IMG/VR virus record: IMGVR_UViG_3300025018_000005
From: an uncultured virus (IMG/VR IMGVR_UViG_3300025018_000005)
Taxonomy: Duplodnaviria > Heunggongvirae > Uroviricota > Caudoviricetes
Length of the DNA stretch: 64,000 bases
Reading direction: 5' to 3' (one strand)
The position numbers and the translations under genes are program-made. The notes beneath the pieces are model-generated. The model worked only from the letters and a program-made list of their open reading frames with translations. It made no database searches and was not told the origin of the DNA. Shown here in pieces: positions 9,653 to 20,106 of this stretch. Every line of letters begins with the position of its first letter. The first letter of the stretch is position 1.

Positions 9653-10630
9653 ATGGCTTTAATGTCTCCTGAATATCAAACAGAATTCTACCAAGGCTGG
9701 CTGGAAGGCTTGGCACAAGAAGTAGATTTGTTTAACGAAAAATCTGGCATGACTATCATGATGGGTTCTGAGGTTTATATCGGCTCTTTCTTTAAAGAAG
9801 CTGGTTATGACCGAGTTGCTGGCTTGATTGCTCGCCGCGACGTAACATCTGATGCGGGCGTTTCCGATAACCGCATGGCGCTTCAAGAATTGGTTGGCGT
9901 TGACCTAGCTCAGCGTATCGGCCCAGTTTTTGAAACTGACGAAAACTTCAAACGCCGAGGTCGATCTGTTGCTGAAATGGCTACCATTATCGGTCGTCAA
10001 GCTGCTGGTGACTACTTGAAATTAGCCTTGGATCACGTTGTTGCTGCCTTGATCGGTACAACTGAAGTTGGCACTGGCTTGGTTGATGCATCTGCTGCTG
10101 CTGCAACGACTAACGTGAAACACTTCACCAAAGCAATGCGCATGTTTGGCGACCGTGGCCGTGAAATCACTGCGTTCTTGATGAACTCAGAAGCTTTCTA
10201 TGACTTGGTAGAAGACAAGATGGATAACTATCAGATCGATACTGTAGCTGGCGCTCAGATCGTAACTGGTGTTACTCAAGGCGCAATGGGCAAGCCAATC
10301 ATTGTCTCTGACATTGAAGCGCTTCAGTATGATGCTGGTGCTGGTGACTTGAAAAACCGTATCTTCGGCTTGATGCAAGGTGCTGCTTCTACTTTACAGC
10401 GCGGTGACACTGAGATCGTAATTGATCGTGTTACTGGTAAAGAGAACTTAGGTTACCGTTACCACGGCGAATACAACTACTTATTGAAAGTGTTGGGTTA
10501 CGCTTACAAAACAGCTTCTGGTATTAACCCTACCGCTGCTACTATTGCAACCGCTGCTAACTGGACTCGTGTATTCGATCCTAAGTTGTGCGGTGCATGT
10601 CAGGTTGTTGCTGATTCAGCAGTTGCCTAA
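9653..10630 (+). CDS. major capsid protein
   Basis: 325 aa, highly biased codons, follows scaffold, followed by a terminator; GKPIIVSD and GINPT...ATAANW motifs. Confidence 0.9.
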   Translation: MALMSPEYQTEFYQGWLEGLAQEVDLFNEKSGMTIMMGSEVYIGSFFKEAGYDRVAGLIARRDVTSDAGVSDNRMALQELVGVDLAQRIGPVFETDENFKRRGRSVAEMATIIGRQAAGDYLKLALDHVVAALIGTTEVGTGLVDASAAAATTNVKHFTKAMRMFGDRGREITAFLMNSEAFYDLVEDKMDNYQIDTVAGAQIVTGVTQGAMGKPIIVSDIEALQYDAGAGDLKNRIFGLMQGAASTLQRGDTEIVIDRVTGKENLGYRYHGEYNYLLKVLGYAYKTASGINPTAATIATAANWTRVFDPKLCGACQVVADSAVA

Positions 10631-10645
10631 TTAAGTTCAAAAACC

Positions 10646-10671
10646 AAGGGAGCATTTAGCTCCCTTTTTTT
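10646..10671 (+). terminator. intrinsic terminator
   Basis: AAGGGAGC-attta-GCTCCCTT followed by a T tract. Confidence 0.85.
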
Positions 10672-10710
10672 ATGGTAAAATTATATTCCAATTAATTGCG
10701 AGGAAAATTT

Positions 10711-11220
10711 ATGAAGAAATTATTATTTATCGACAAAGGAGTGGTTACTGGTGAGCATTTTGCCTACCAGCATAATGAAACACAAAAAGGCAATCATGTA
10801 CTGTTTTGCAACGGCTCATTGAAATCAGGCTTTGAAGATAACTGTGATGTTGTTGTTATGGATTGCGTTAATGAGCGAGTCACTTCTTGGGCTGAATCAA
10901 AGTTTATTGACATCGAATACTTTCGTGATGGCATTAAAAAAGATGACAAAAAAGAAGAAACTGCTGTAGACCCAGAGCCAACATCTTATGATTACGCAGA
11001 ATTGGATAAGGTTTTTACAGAGCAGCTTACGAAAGCCGACATTCCAGTTCCGGTAGCAGAGCAAAAGGCTTTTGAGATTCCAGCTCCAGCAGATGTAGAG
11101 CCAGGAATTTATCGCTCACCTGATGGCAAAGAATACGAGAAAAAGAAAGGCCCAAAATTCAAGGGTGATTTTGAAGACGCAATTGTAAAATTCGGTTTTG
11201 AAAACTTCGTAAAAATCTGA
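10711..11220 (+). CDS. hypothetical protein, head region
   Basis: GAGG RBS; follows capsid gene. Confidence 0.65.
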   Translation: MKKLLFIDKGVVTGEHFAYQHNETQKGNHVLFCNGSLKSGFEDNCDVVVMDCVNERVTSWAESKFIDIEYFRDGIKKDDKKEETAVDPEPTSYDYAELDKVFTEQLTKADIPVPVAEQKAFEIPAPADVEPGIYRSPDGKEYEKKKGPKFKGDFEDAIVKFGFENFVKI

Positions 11221-11240
11221 TAATTTTAATATCAGTTAAA

Positions 11241-11277
11241 TGTTATAATGCTGGTTAGATTCTAACCGGCATTTTTT
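11241..11277 (+). promoter_or_regulatory. extended -10 promoter overlapping a terminator hairpin
   Basis: TGTTATAAT, then ATGCTGGTTAG/CTAACCGGCAT hairpin, T tract and immediately ATG. Confidence 0.65.
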
Positions 11278-11922
11278 ATGACTAAAGGAATGCATACCGG
11301 AATACCTACATCGTCTATGTATGACGACTACAGATTTAAAGTTGGATTACCTACTCAGTTATTTGATGGCAATAAGGCGATGACAGTCCAGAGCTTTATT
11401 GAACTTAATTGCAAGCTAGGGAACCAATACCAGCTCGGCTTTTATAATCCTTCTATAGCGCCAAATGGATCTGCTTATTTAGCAATGGAAGTCGGCGCAA
11501 GCAATCATGTGCTCATAAAATCAATATACTCTCAGTTCAGGTCTCAGCTCATTGCAAGTACTCTATTTAAGTCACCAGCACTATCTGCTGGTGCTGGGCT
11601 AGTTCTGCCTCACTTTAATATGAGGGACTTCGGAACCACGAATGGAGATGTCGTTATTAAGTATATTCAAGAGGCTGATGTTATCTCAGAAGGCGTTCAA
11701 GTTGGTGCGACAAATTACGCATTAGGTGACGACAGTAATAAACCATCTCCTGGTGCTACCGGTGTTGGATTGCTTCAAGACATTGAGCGCGTACTTGAGA
11801 AAGGAAATACGTATCTTTACAGAATACAAAACTTAGACCAATCAAATGCAACGGCATTAACAGGTACTGCAACTTGGTATCAGGGCGAGCTTTCCATAGA
11901 CACACCAATAGGCGACATATAG
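11278..11922 (+). CDS. putative virion-associated protein
   Basis: 214-aa beta-rich ORF in the structural block. Confidence 0.55.
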   Translation: MTKGMHTGIPTSSMYDDYRFKVGLPTQLFDGNKAMTVQSFIELNCKLGNQYQLGFYNPSIAPNGSAYLAMEVGASNHVLIKSIYSQFRSQLIASTLFKSPALSAGAGLVLPHFNMRDFGTTNGDVVIKYIQEADVISEGVQVGATNYALGDDSNKPSPGATGVGLLQDIERVLEKGNTYLYRIQNLDQSNATALTGTATWYQGELSIDTPIGDI

Positions 11923-11978
11923 CCATACATGGTATAATTAACAAATTATAATCCAGCTAAAATCAATGGGGCTATGAC

Positions 11979-13844
11979 GTGGCTATAAGTATCAATTCTA
12001 CGATCAAAAAAGGCGATACAATTGTAACTGAGATAGTTGGCGGTGGTCGCGTGTACAATATGTACACAGTAACTGGATCTGAGCTAAACAACGCTGGCGC
12101 AGGAATTAAGTTGACTTCCGGCGCATATTCAGTGGCTCAAACTTGGTACGGCGTCAATAATGTAGGTGCTGATCATTTCGAGATAGTTCCTACCGCCGCA
12201 GGTGTAACCATACCACTTACATCTCCAAATCATGTGGTATCACTAACCATATTTGACAATTCTGGTGATGGCAATTCTGTGCCAGTAAACTACCGTCGAG
12301 ATCGAACCACTGTTATTGATGTAATAGCGGCAAATGCTGACCTAACAGGAGCAAGCGTATTTAGTGTTTTCGTTGGAATGGGGGTTACTATTGCAGATGG
12401 ACAGCAGCTTCAATATGAAAACGTTGATGACTCAGGAAATGCGGTAAGTTACGCCGACACAGGTATAGGTACATTTACTAGCGGAGGCAGATCAAGACAT
12501 CGTGTCTGTTTATGGGATAGTGGAACTCTGTACGAGACTTACGTCGAATTTGATGATGATGGTTTGGCTGGAGATCCAGCTATATCAGTGTCACTTACAG
12601 AGCAATCAACAAGCCCAACATATGATGGCCGATCACCATCTTCACTAAGACCAGCAGCAGATCGACCCTTTGGTGCTGACTTATGGAATATTAAAGAGTT
12701 ATCCTTAGTTGGTGCTTGTAGAATACCAAATGGAACATTTAATGATGGATCTATCAGGTACAACTCTAACTGTTATTTCCATTATGATAATGCTAGGAAT
12801 TCCATTTTTGTAGCCGGCGCGCAGGTTAGCTCAGGTGCTGGTGCATTGATGGTCGGTGAATTTTCATTACCTGAATTTATTAACTCTACAGATCATAGTG
12901 CGCTTAATGTAGCAACAAACACACAGCCATTTTATAACGTGTTTTTAGGATCAGATGAGGCTGTTGGATTTCCGTATTTGGACAGAATAACTGGGATCTA
13001 CTCGAACGGTACCGATTCAGAATTAATAGTTAATGCAATCAACTGGTATGACAACTTAAACAGACCTGAAACTACGGTTGTTATTAACGACAAAACAAGC
13101 ATTTCAACAAGTTCAATTGATGGCTTGTATGATTTGGCTGGTGGTAGATCCGCAGCGGGTTGGATTGGCTCAATTCCAACAGAAGATCAAGCGGCGTTTG
13201 GTTGTGCACACTTCTATGGCTATGCAGCTAACGACTCTATTGATGGGTCACTGAGCATCGGGCCTAGTTGTCGAGGTCTAGATTTAACTGATTTAACAGC
13301 TAATCCAAGTTTAAATGGTGCTATTTCTGATCAGGGTATATTTATGAATTACCCATATGATCCTACTGGTGCGACTCACATTATGGGTGTTGATCATGCA
13401 ACAATAACTAATGCTGTGTATAACAAGACAACAACTATTAGGTCGATGGCATTTTTGCCAAGCACCGATACGATAATGTGCGTTGGTAAAAATGATGGCT
13501 TGCGATGGGGTGAGCAATACAAAATTGCAAATGACGCAGGCGACCCATTGAGCGGTGGTGACTCCCCTTTCGTTAAATCAGACCGATATAATTATTACTG
13601 GTTGTTTAAAAAATCTGACGTTTTAGCTGCGACAAATCCATGGGATATAGAACCGTATGACTTTGGCGTTTTAAATCTGCCATTCATGGAGATTGTTGAC
13701 GCTGAGTATGTACCAGAAGGATATAGCATGATGATTGGTGCAAGCTTTGACCCGATTGGCGGACATTGGTACTTCTTGCTGGATAGAGTTGGGCCGAATA
13801 ATGATGGCGCTGAGGATCGCGTCCTACTTAAGTATGGAGTGTAA
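11979..13844 (+). CDS. large beta-rich virion-associated protein
   Basis: 621 aa, Gly/Ser/Asp/Asn-rich; own extended -10 promoter. Confidence 0.55.
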   Translation: MAISINSTIKKGDTIVTEIVGGGRVYNMYTVTGSELNNAGAGIKLTSGAYSVAQTWYGVNNVGADHFEIVPTAAGVTIPLTSPNHVVSLTIFDNSGDGNSVPVNYRRDRTTVIDVIAANADLTGASVFSVFVGMGVTIADGQQLQYENVDDSGNAVSYADTGIGTFTSGGRSRHRVCLWDSGTLYETYVEFDDDGLAGDPAISVSLTEQSTSPTYDGRSPSSLRPAADRPFGADLWNIKELSLVGACRIPNGTFNDGSIRYNSNCYFHYDNARNSIFVAGAQVSSGAGALMVGEFSLPEFINSTDHSALNVATNTQPFYNVFLGSDEAVGFPYLDRITGIYSNGTDSELIVNAINWYDNLNRPETTVVINDKTSISTSSIDGLYDLAGGRSAAGWIGSIPTEDQAAFGCAHFYGYAANDSIDGSLSIGPSCRGLDLTDLTANPSLNGAISDQGIFMNYPYDPTGATHIMGVDHATITNAVYNKTTTIRSMAFLPSTDTIMCVGKNDGLRWGEQYKIANDAGDPLSGGDSPFVKSDRYNYYWLFKKSDVLAATNPWDIEPYDFGVLNLPFMEIVDAEYVPEGYSMMIGASFDPIGGHWYFLLDRVGPNNDGAEDRVLLKYGV

Positions 13845-13847
13845 TAA

Positions 13848-15854
13848 ATGGCTAATCAAGTAACGCTCACAAATTGCCGCATTGTTTTTGCTAACGCATT
13901 GGTCAACACCCTAAACGGTAGCTCGCAAGGTGACTGGGAGCTTAATTTTAGCGTTTACATGCCAAGTGGCGATACATCAAATGAGCGACTAATGGGCACA
14001 ATTGCTCAAGGTGCAAGCGCTAATCGGATTTATTTTTCAAGAGGTGCTACATCATTCACTATGCAGAATGCAGCGGCTGCTAGTGTTTCGTGGGGTAGTT
14101 TTCTATCTGATGTTGTTTTTGATGATGTAAATACGATCAAGATAGAGAAGTTAGCAGCAGCAACAATACCTACTCTGTACATAAACGGCGTATCTCAGGG
14201 TGTAGGAACATCAGCAGCAACTTGGCACACAGTACCGCTTTTTGGTAACTTGGGTGAAAACTTCAATACGTTCAGTGGACTGACTGTTAGCGCATTTAGC
14301 TTTATTGACAACGTTAATACCGCGAATAATATGATTTTTAGTTTCGACGGTGAGTCAGCTACTCCACCGATCAGCGAAACTGTTGATGGTGATAATCCTA
14401 GCTTTGCTGGTGCTGGTACCCCTATATGGTCAGTCGTTGGCGGTGGCAGTCCAAGTGCTGATACCGATGTTAACGAAGGAACATCAATAAATATTTACAC
14501 TGGCGATGGATTGACAGGAACTCCCGTTGTTTATATTAATGGTGTAAGCGTACCATATACCGGCACGCTCCCAAATTTAGTTGTTCCAACTGACTTAACA
14601 GCATTATCCGACGTATCGCACTTATTTAATTTGAATTACCCTTTGACGCTAACTGTTGAGTACGACGCAGGAACGCTTGATTTTGGTAATATAATAATAC
14701 GATCAAGAACAGGCTATTCATTAACCCAATTGACGTTCCCAGACACTGGTGCTGGCACGCTAAATGATGAAATAAGTGGCATATCATTAAATCACAATGA
14801 CCTAGTTTACTACCCAATAGTTAGCGGCACAGAAGTTCTCGAAAATGGGTATTTTTACACAGATGCCGCTAGTGTTGACCTGGTTATTGGCAAGTTTGAT
14901 GCTGGAGGATTGGGTGGCGGTGTTTTCTGGTATCCATACACACTAAATCTAAGTGCATACACTGGCCCAGACGTAACCAAGCCAGTAATAACATTAACTA
15001 GCGGTACAGACACAATTACAGCCGGTGATACTTGGGTCGATGCTGGTGCAACGGCTAGCGATAATGTTGACGGCGATATAACTGCAAATATCGTAGTGAC
15101 TGGTTCGGTTGATGACACTACAGTAGGGACTTATTACAAATACTACAACGTAAGTGATGCGGCAGGCAATGCGGCTGACCAAGTAACGCGAACAGTCACA
15201 GTTAATCACGATGTTACGCCTGATGTACCAGACTTAGGAGCTGACACAACAGGTGCTGAGCCTAGCGCTTATGTGACTAGATCATTCGTTACAAGTGGAA
15301 TCACAACTGCAATCGATTGGACTGCAACAGGTACCGCCGAAGTATCGCTAAGCTCAGGATCAGGTTTCGGCGCAAGTGTAAACGCTGGTAACGGTGTTAC
15401 AATATACGTCAGACTGCAAGCCAGTGCTTCGTTTGGTGGAGTTGTATCAGGTGGTGTAGCTGGCGATTCATTCAGCGTAACGACTAGAGCGCAATTAGCG
15501 CCTGTATTGGCACCAACAAAGACAATCTACGCAAAAGTAGGACAAGCACTAAGCAGAACACTTACAATCGCAGGCGGTGATGCTGCAACGAGCTGGACGA
15601 TAACTGGAGGCGCTGATCAAGCTAGTTACTCGCTAAGTAATGCGGGTGCACTAACACGGCTTGCTAACGATACTGAAGAAACAGAGACTATCACGGTAAC
15701 GGCTACCAACGCAGCAGGAACGAGTAACACGCAGATGATTAGCATTGTTTGGAGAGCTGTTAATTCACTGCCTCCAGCTTACGGTTATGAACCAGAGGAT
15801 CCTAAAGTATTGGTTCCAGCTTATGGCGCTTTAAGACCAACTAATGTGATATAA
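13848..15854 (+). CDS. Ig-like (DUF5011) domain protein, putative head fibre/decoration
   Basis: DVTKPVITL...DAGATASDNVDGDIT...YNVSDAAGNAA..VTRTVTV; LamG-like N-terminus, further beta-sandwich units. Confidence 0.7.
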   Translation: MANQVTLTNCRIVFANALVNTLNGSSQGDWELNFSVYMPSGDTSNERLMGTIAQGASANRIYFSRGATSFTMQNAAAASVSWGSFLSDVVFDDVNTIKIEKLAAATIPTLYINGVSQGVGTSAATWHTVPLFGNLGENFNTFSGLTVSAFSFIDNVNTANNMIFSFDGESATPPISETVDGDNPSFAGAGTPIWSVVGGGSPSADTDVNEGTSINIYTGDGLTGTPVVYINGVSVPYTGTLPNLVVPTDLTALSDVSHLFNLNYPLTLTVEYDAGTLDFGNIIIRSRTGYSLTQLTFPDTGAGTLNDEISGISLNHNDLVYYPIVSGTEVLENGYFYTDAASVDLVIGKFDAGGLGGGVFWYPYTLNLSAYTGPDVTKPVITLTSGTDTITAGDTWVDAGATASDNVDGDITANIVVTGSVDDTTVGTYYKYYNVSDAAGNAADQVTRTVTVNHDVTPDVPDLGADTTGAEPSAYVTRSFVTSGITTAIDWTATGTAEVSLSSGSGFGASVNAGNGVTIYVRLQASASFGGVVSGGVAGDSFSVTTRAQLAPVLAPTKTIYAKVGQALSRTLTIAGGDAATSWTITGGADQASYSLSNAGALTRLANDTEETETITVTATNAAGTSNTQMISIVWRAVNSLPPAYGYEPEDPKVLVPAYGALRPTNVI

Positions 15855-15884
15855 TTCAAACTAATAAAATTTCGAGGCAAGAAC

Positions 15885-16208
15885 ATGGCAAGAACATATA
15901 CAGTGATGGGAGTTGTTGGATCTGCACAGACAATCAGTGTTGATAAGGAGTTCTCTAATTGGACTGCGGCAGCAACCTATTACTCTGATCAATACATCAC
16001 AGAAGTGACGCCATCTGCTGGAACTCTAACAGTGACTGGTCGAATTGATGGTGCAGGTGATGATAGTGACTTCACTAATGGATCAATAGACAGTACATCT
16101 CTAGGTGACTATGCGAGTGCTGCTGGGCCTATTAAAACAGTAACTGTAACACCAGCAGGCATTGTCGGTGCTACGCATTATAAACTTAAAATTACCGGTA
16201 CAAAGTAG
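15885..16208 (+). CDS. small virion-associated protein
   Basis: 107-aa beta-rich ORF, GAGG RBS, own promoter. Confidence 0.55.
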   Translation: MARTYTVMGVVGSAQTISVDKEFSNWTAAATYYSDQYITEVTPSAGTLTVTGRIDGAGDDSDFTNGSIDSTSLGDYASAAGPIKTVTVTPAGIVGATHYKLKITGTK

Positions 16209-16271
16209 TCTCATCAAATCTTAATTTTAATCAATGATATAATAGAGCCTATACTTTTATAGGCTTTTTTT

Positions 16272-16817
16272 ATGGCTACAGAAAATTTTACTGGGTTCGA
16301 TGTTATTTCAGATGTTGGTGCAACAGCTAACTCTTATGTTTCTGTGGCAGATACAAAAGTATTTTGGCTTACTGATCCATACAAGATCATTGGCACGATA
16401 ACCGATGAAGAAATAGCAAAAGCAGTCATTACTGCAACCAAGCAGATTGATCTTGTCTACGGCAAATCATTTAATGGTGAGTTGTACGACGAAACTTATT
16501 CTTTGTTTTTCCCAAGGCTTTATTTGTACGATTCTCGTGGAGTATCGATAACAGATTACACTATCTTCCCAAAAGAAATTGCAGAAGCAACAGCACTTCA
16601 AGCTTGGTATGTTTTGCAGTCAAATCGAGTTGCAGATAATAGTGTTACCGGCGTTAAAAAGCAGGGCATGGATGGACTTGGATATCAAGAATACTTTTCT
16701 CCAAATGCACAGCTAAGTGCAAAGCCTTCAATAATTCAAGATGAAGTTTCTCTCGTTCTTGAGCCATACGTGTCATCAGGGACTGGTAAATACTCAATGA
16801 CTGTCGGGAGAGGTTAA
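16272..16817 (+). CDS. head-tail adaptor
   Basis: ANSYVSVAD...A.ITAT..ID...L.FPR motif; position in neck module. Confidence 0.75.
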   Translation: MATENFTGFDVISDVGATANSYVSVADTKVFWLTDPYKIIGTITDEEIAKAVITATKQIDLVYGKSFNGELYDETYSLFFPRLYLYDSRGVSITDYTIFPKEIAEATALQAWYVLQSNRVADNSVTGVKKQGMDGLGYQEYFSPNAQLSAKPSIIQDEVSLVLEPYVSSGTGKYSMTVGRG

Positions 16818-17197
16818 TGGCTGGTGCAAATGAGATATTTAATGAGCTATTTAAAAGCTTTCAAGCCAGTGAATTTTTTGCAGACGCATTCTATGAATTA
16901 TCTTGGACTGAAGTAATCTCTGGCGCAATAGACAGAGAGACAGGCGTTAGAATTACAACAGAGAACACCTATTCATGCTCTGCTGCATTAACGAATCCAT
17001 CAAAATCTGAAAGACCAATGGATAAGGTATTTAGTCAATATCAGATTGGCGATGTGGTTGTTATCGCAAGACAAGAAGAGCTTGAAAAGAAACCACCATT
17101 AGAACAGACAGTGACCTTTGATGGCCTTGAATACACATGTAAAGGCATTGCATCAGATCCAGTCAAAGTTTCTTGGAATCTATTACTGAGGCGATAA
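16817..17197 (+). CDS. head closure / head-tail joining protein
   Basis: Size, synteny, C-terminal DP..VSWNLLLRR. Confidence 0.65.
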   Translation: MAGANEIFNELFKSFQASEFFADAFYELSWTEVISGAIDRETGVRITTENTYSCSAALTNPSKSERPMDKVFSQYQIGDVVVIARQEELEKKPPLEQTVTFDGLEYTCKGIASDPVKVSWNLLLRR

Positions 17198-17604
17198 TGT
17201 TTAAAGTTGAGTCCTTTGACGATGATTTATTGGCTGATGAGTTGTTCGATGAAATATCAACGGACATTCAGAAGATGGCAGGATACGCATCAGCGTATGT
17301 CGTCAAAAATAGCCCAGTAGACACAGGATTATTCAAAGGTAACTGGAACGTCTCTATAAACCAAGAATACGATGGTCAGTTCATCAATGAAGACCCGTCT
17401 GGCACAGAAACACTAGCTGGGATGATGCTTGACATTGGCGGATTTAACTTAAAAGAAGATAATATAATTTTCATACAAAACTCAGTCATGGACATAGAGT
17501 CAGGTAATTTATATGCACCTACTGTTGGCTGGGATTTCACCACACAAACAGCAGACTCGCTTGTTAGCGGAGCTGTTATTGTTGCTGCCGAGGCTATTAA
17601 CTAA
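17197..17604 (+). CDS. HK97 gp10-like tail completion protein
   Basis: SPVDTGLFKGNWNVS motif. Confidence 0.75.
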   Translation: MFKVESFDDDLLADELFDEISTDIQKMAGYASAYVVKNSPVDTGLFKGNWNVSINQEYDGQFINEDPSGTETLAGMMLDIGGFNLKEDNIIFIQNSVMDIESGNLYAPTVGWDFTTQTADSLVSGAVIVAAEAIN

Positions 17605-18092
17605 TGCAGACTTTCAAGAAAGATTTAACACAGTTGTTTGTCGAGGGTTTTTCTGAGCCTTATATCTGTCACTTTCCAGATGGCTATCACAATGGCGCTC
17701 TTGATATTGGCGCTTCATACTTTGATATGAATAGCTTCACAGAGACCCCATCACAGCCCACTGATGACTATTGGATTAGAATGCTTGTTACAGAGGCGCT
17801 TACATTCAACTCAAGCATAACCGATGGTGTCAATAAGCATAAGAGAACGCTTGTATTTGTCGATTTCAGCGTGTATTGGCCTAACAGCAAGTCTTCCAAA
17901 GCAGTAGAAACAATAATTGAGCCAGCGCTTGATTTGATATACCTAAACAAGACGCTCAGAGGTAGTGACAACAGCGAGATATACTCACAACAAGATTCAC
18001 CAAAAGACATTGTTCGCGTTATGCGAGCATCCGGTAGCAATAAGTGGAACGAGAAGACAATCCGGTATCCATTTGTTGTTAGGTATATATGA
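17604..18092 (+). CDS. tail terminator
   Basis: Synteny before tail tube; size. Confidence 0.6.
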   Translation: MQTFKKDLTQLFVEGFSEPYICHFPDGYHNGALDIGASYFDMNSFTETPSQPTDDYWIRMLVTEALTFNSSITDGVNKHKRTLVFVDFSVYWPNSKSSKAVETIIEPALDLIYLNKTLRGSDNSEIYSQQDSPKDIVRVMRASGSNKWNEKTIRYPFVVRYI

Positions 18093-18131
18093 TATAATTG
18101 AGTTTGTTTAATTTAATAAAAGGGGCTACAA

Positions 18132-19316
18132 ATGCCAAATTCTATACAGGGGAACGCCGTATCATTTTGGGCAGTAGAACAGTCTACCCCTTCTGCTGGC
18201 GTTCCAGCAACACCGACTTGGAGTTCAATTCGACGCACTGGTGGCGATATTGACATACAGAAGTCATTCACCCAAAGCGAGATGGTTTCAACATCTCGCC
18301 AGCCAGGATATAACATTATCACTGGCTCCGATGTTTCAGGCTCTATCGACTCTGAACTTTCGGTCGCTGATCCACTACTTGAGTCTTTTGTTCAAGGCGC
18401 GCTGCAAGCTGATTCAGCAGCCGTCGTAAGCGCTACAGGATCTACAACTTTCACCAACGCGACTTCATCAATTAGTCAGGTTGGTGCTTTTGCTAACGCA
18501 GTTGTCGGTCAGTTCGTTGGTGCTTTCGGTACTGCAAATAACAATCGAGTATTTCGAATTACAAGTGTCGTGGATGACGATAACGTCAACGTTTCTCCTG
18601 CCCCCGTGGATGAAACGGTATCCGCAACACTGACAGGCAAGTCATATCGAAATTCAAACTTCGAGAAAGGCTTTGCTATTCAAAAGCGAATCCCAACAGA
18701 CTCTGGAACAATTTATAAAACGTTTGAGGGTGTTCAAATTAACTCTCTTAATGTGAATCTTACAACAGAGTCAATCGTAACATTAACTTACGACATGATT
18801 GGCCTTGGTCAAGTTTCTGGGATCGCTCAGATTGCTGGATCAACTGACAATGCAGTTGATACGTCTCGTGTATCTGGATCGGTAAAAGATGTGCTTGAGT
18901 TTTGGGTTGATGGTATTCCTGCTGACATGGCATCGATTTGCTATACCGACTTCTCATTCTCTATTGAGAACGGAGCAGATGGTCAGCCTGCAATTGGCAA
19001 GGAAGGCGCTTGCTTAATTTCATTTGATAAGTCAAATGTTACTGGCAGCTTGGTGTCTTATGTTGATGGAACGAATACCACAACAGCGGATTCTGAAGTT
19101 AATAAGCGTGACAATGAGACGTTGTTTGGCCTTGGCGTAACGTTTAAAGATGTTGACGGAAACTATCTTGTTGTAAACATGCCTTCAGTTCAGTATACAG
19201 AGCTCACACGAGACAATACTGGCAATGGCGAGACACTGCAAAACAATGGTACATTTGGTGCTGTTGGTACGCCAGAAGGTTATGCGGTTGAATTCAACTT
19301 CATCGCTGCACCATAA
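18132..19316 (+). CDS. major tail tube protein with an inserted domain
   Basis: E.TP.AGVP.TPTW..IRRTG...SEM...RQ; DVSGSIDSELS. Confidence 0.85.
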   Translation: MPNSIQGNAVSFWAVEQSTPSAGVPATPTWSSIRRTGGDIDIQKSFTQSEMVSTSRQPGYNIITGSDVSGSIDSELSVADPLLESFVQGALQADSAAVVSATGSTTFTNATSSISQVGAFANAVVGQFVGAFGTANNNRVFRITSVVDDDNVNVSPAPVDETVSATLTGKSYRNSNFEKGFAIQKRIPTDSGTIYKTFEGVQINSLNVNLTTESIVTLTYDMIGLGQVSGIAQIAGSTDNAVDTSRVSGSVKDVLEFWVDGIPADMASICYTDFSFSIENGADGQPAIGKEGACLISFDKSNVTGSLVSYVDGTNTTTADSEVNKRDNETLFGLGVTFKDVDGNYLVVNMPSVQYTELTRDNTGNGETLQNNGTFGAVGTPEGYAVEFNFIAAP

Positions 19317-19336
19317 AATTAATTGATATATAATGC

Positions 19337-19361
19337 AAGGCGTACTTAATGTACGCCTTTT
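19337..19361 (+). terminator. intrinsic terminator
   Basis: AAGGCGTAC-ttaat-GTACGCCTT followed by Ts. Confidence 0.75.
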
Positions 19362-19377
19362 ACTTTTGGAGAAAAAT

Positions 19378-19746
19378 ATGCGTAAACTTAAAACTGGTTT
19401 TAAAGATCGAAGTGCAAAAGATGTTGAGTTTGATGGAGTCACTTTCAAGGTGAAGCCAATGTCTCAGGAGATAATGACTTCGTTCGCAATGTATACAAAC
19501 GGCATGAAAGACACAATGTTGTCTTCTGGTCAGAAAAAAGAGTTTGTAAAAACTCACGTTGTTGGCTGGGATGATATGTACTTTGATGACGGTGAAAAGC
19601 TTGAGTATTCAGATGCTACAGCAGTTGAGTATCTAACTCATGATGATTACGATGACTTGCTCATGGTACTCTACTGGAAGTCAATTGAGATGGCTGGTGA
19701 TCGTGAGAAAGAGATTGAAGAATCACGAGAAGTTGCAAAAAAGTAG
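19378..19746 (+). CDS. tail assembly chaperone (gpG-like)
   Basis: VVGWDD motif; between tube and tape measure; ends in slippery A AAA AAG. Confidence 0.8.
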   Translation: MRKLKTGFKDRSAKDVEFDGVTFKVKPMSQEIMTSFAMYTNGMKDTMLSSGQKKEFVKTHVVGWDDMYFDDGEKLEYSDATAVEYLTHDDYDDLLMVLYWKSIEMAGDREKEIEESREVAKK

Positions 19747-20069
19747 TAAGTCATCAGCTTTTTGTTGCATCTGAGAAGAAGCACGCAATCGACAAGCTAA
19801 TTAAGTCTGGAATGTTAAAAGAACCAGAATCAAATGATCTTGTTGATTTATGTGCTGGATGGTACTACTCAACAATAGAAGCCCGCGAAGTTGATCACAT
19901 GAGTGGGCTTATTAAAAAGTTGACTTGGCGAGATGTTAAGGAGCTTCTTGAATACAGGCCGTCCCCAGTCCCAGTCAGGGATTTAGCTGCAATAGCGTTC
20001 GTCATTGATGATACGTACATAACACATTGCGCAAAGCAAAGAGAAAAGAATAGATCTGCCCAAAAATGA
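19737..20069 (+). CDS. -1 frameshift extension of the tail chaperone (gpGT-like)
   Basis: A AAA AAG at 19737-19743; -1 frame is open from there into ORF 19812-20069. Confidence 0.75.
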   Translation, partial: KKVVSHQLFVASEKKHAIDKLIKSGMLKEPESNDLVDLCAGWYYSTIEAREVDHMSGLIKKLTWRDVKELLEYRPSPVPVRDLAAIAFVIDDTYITHCAKQREKNRSAQK

Positions 20070-20106
20070 TATAATTGGATGACGAATTATATTATTGGGC
20101 ATCTCT

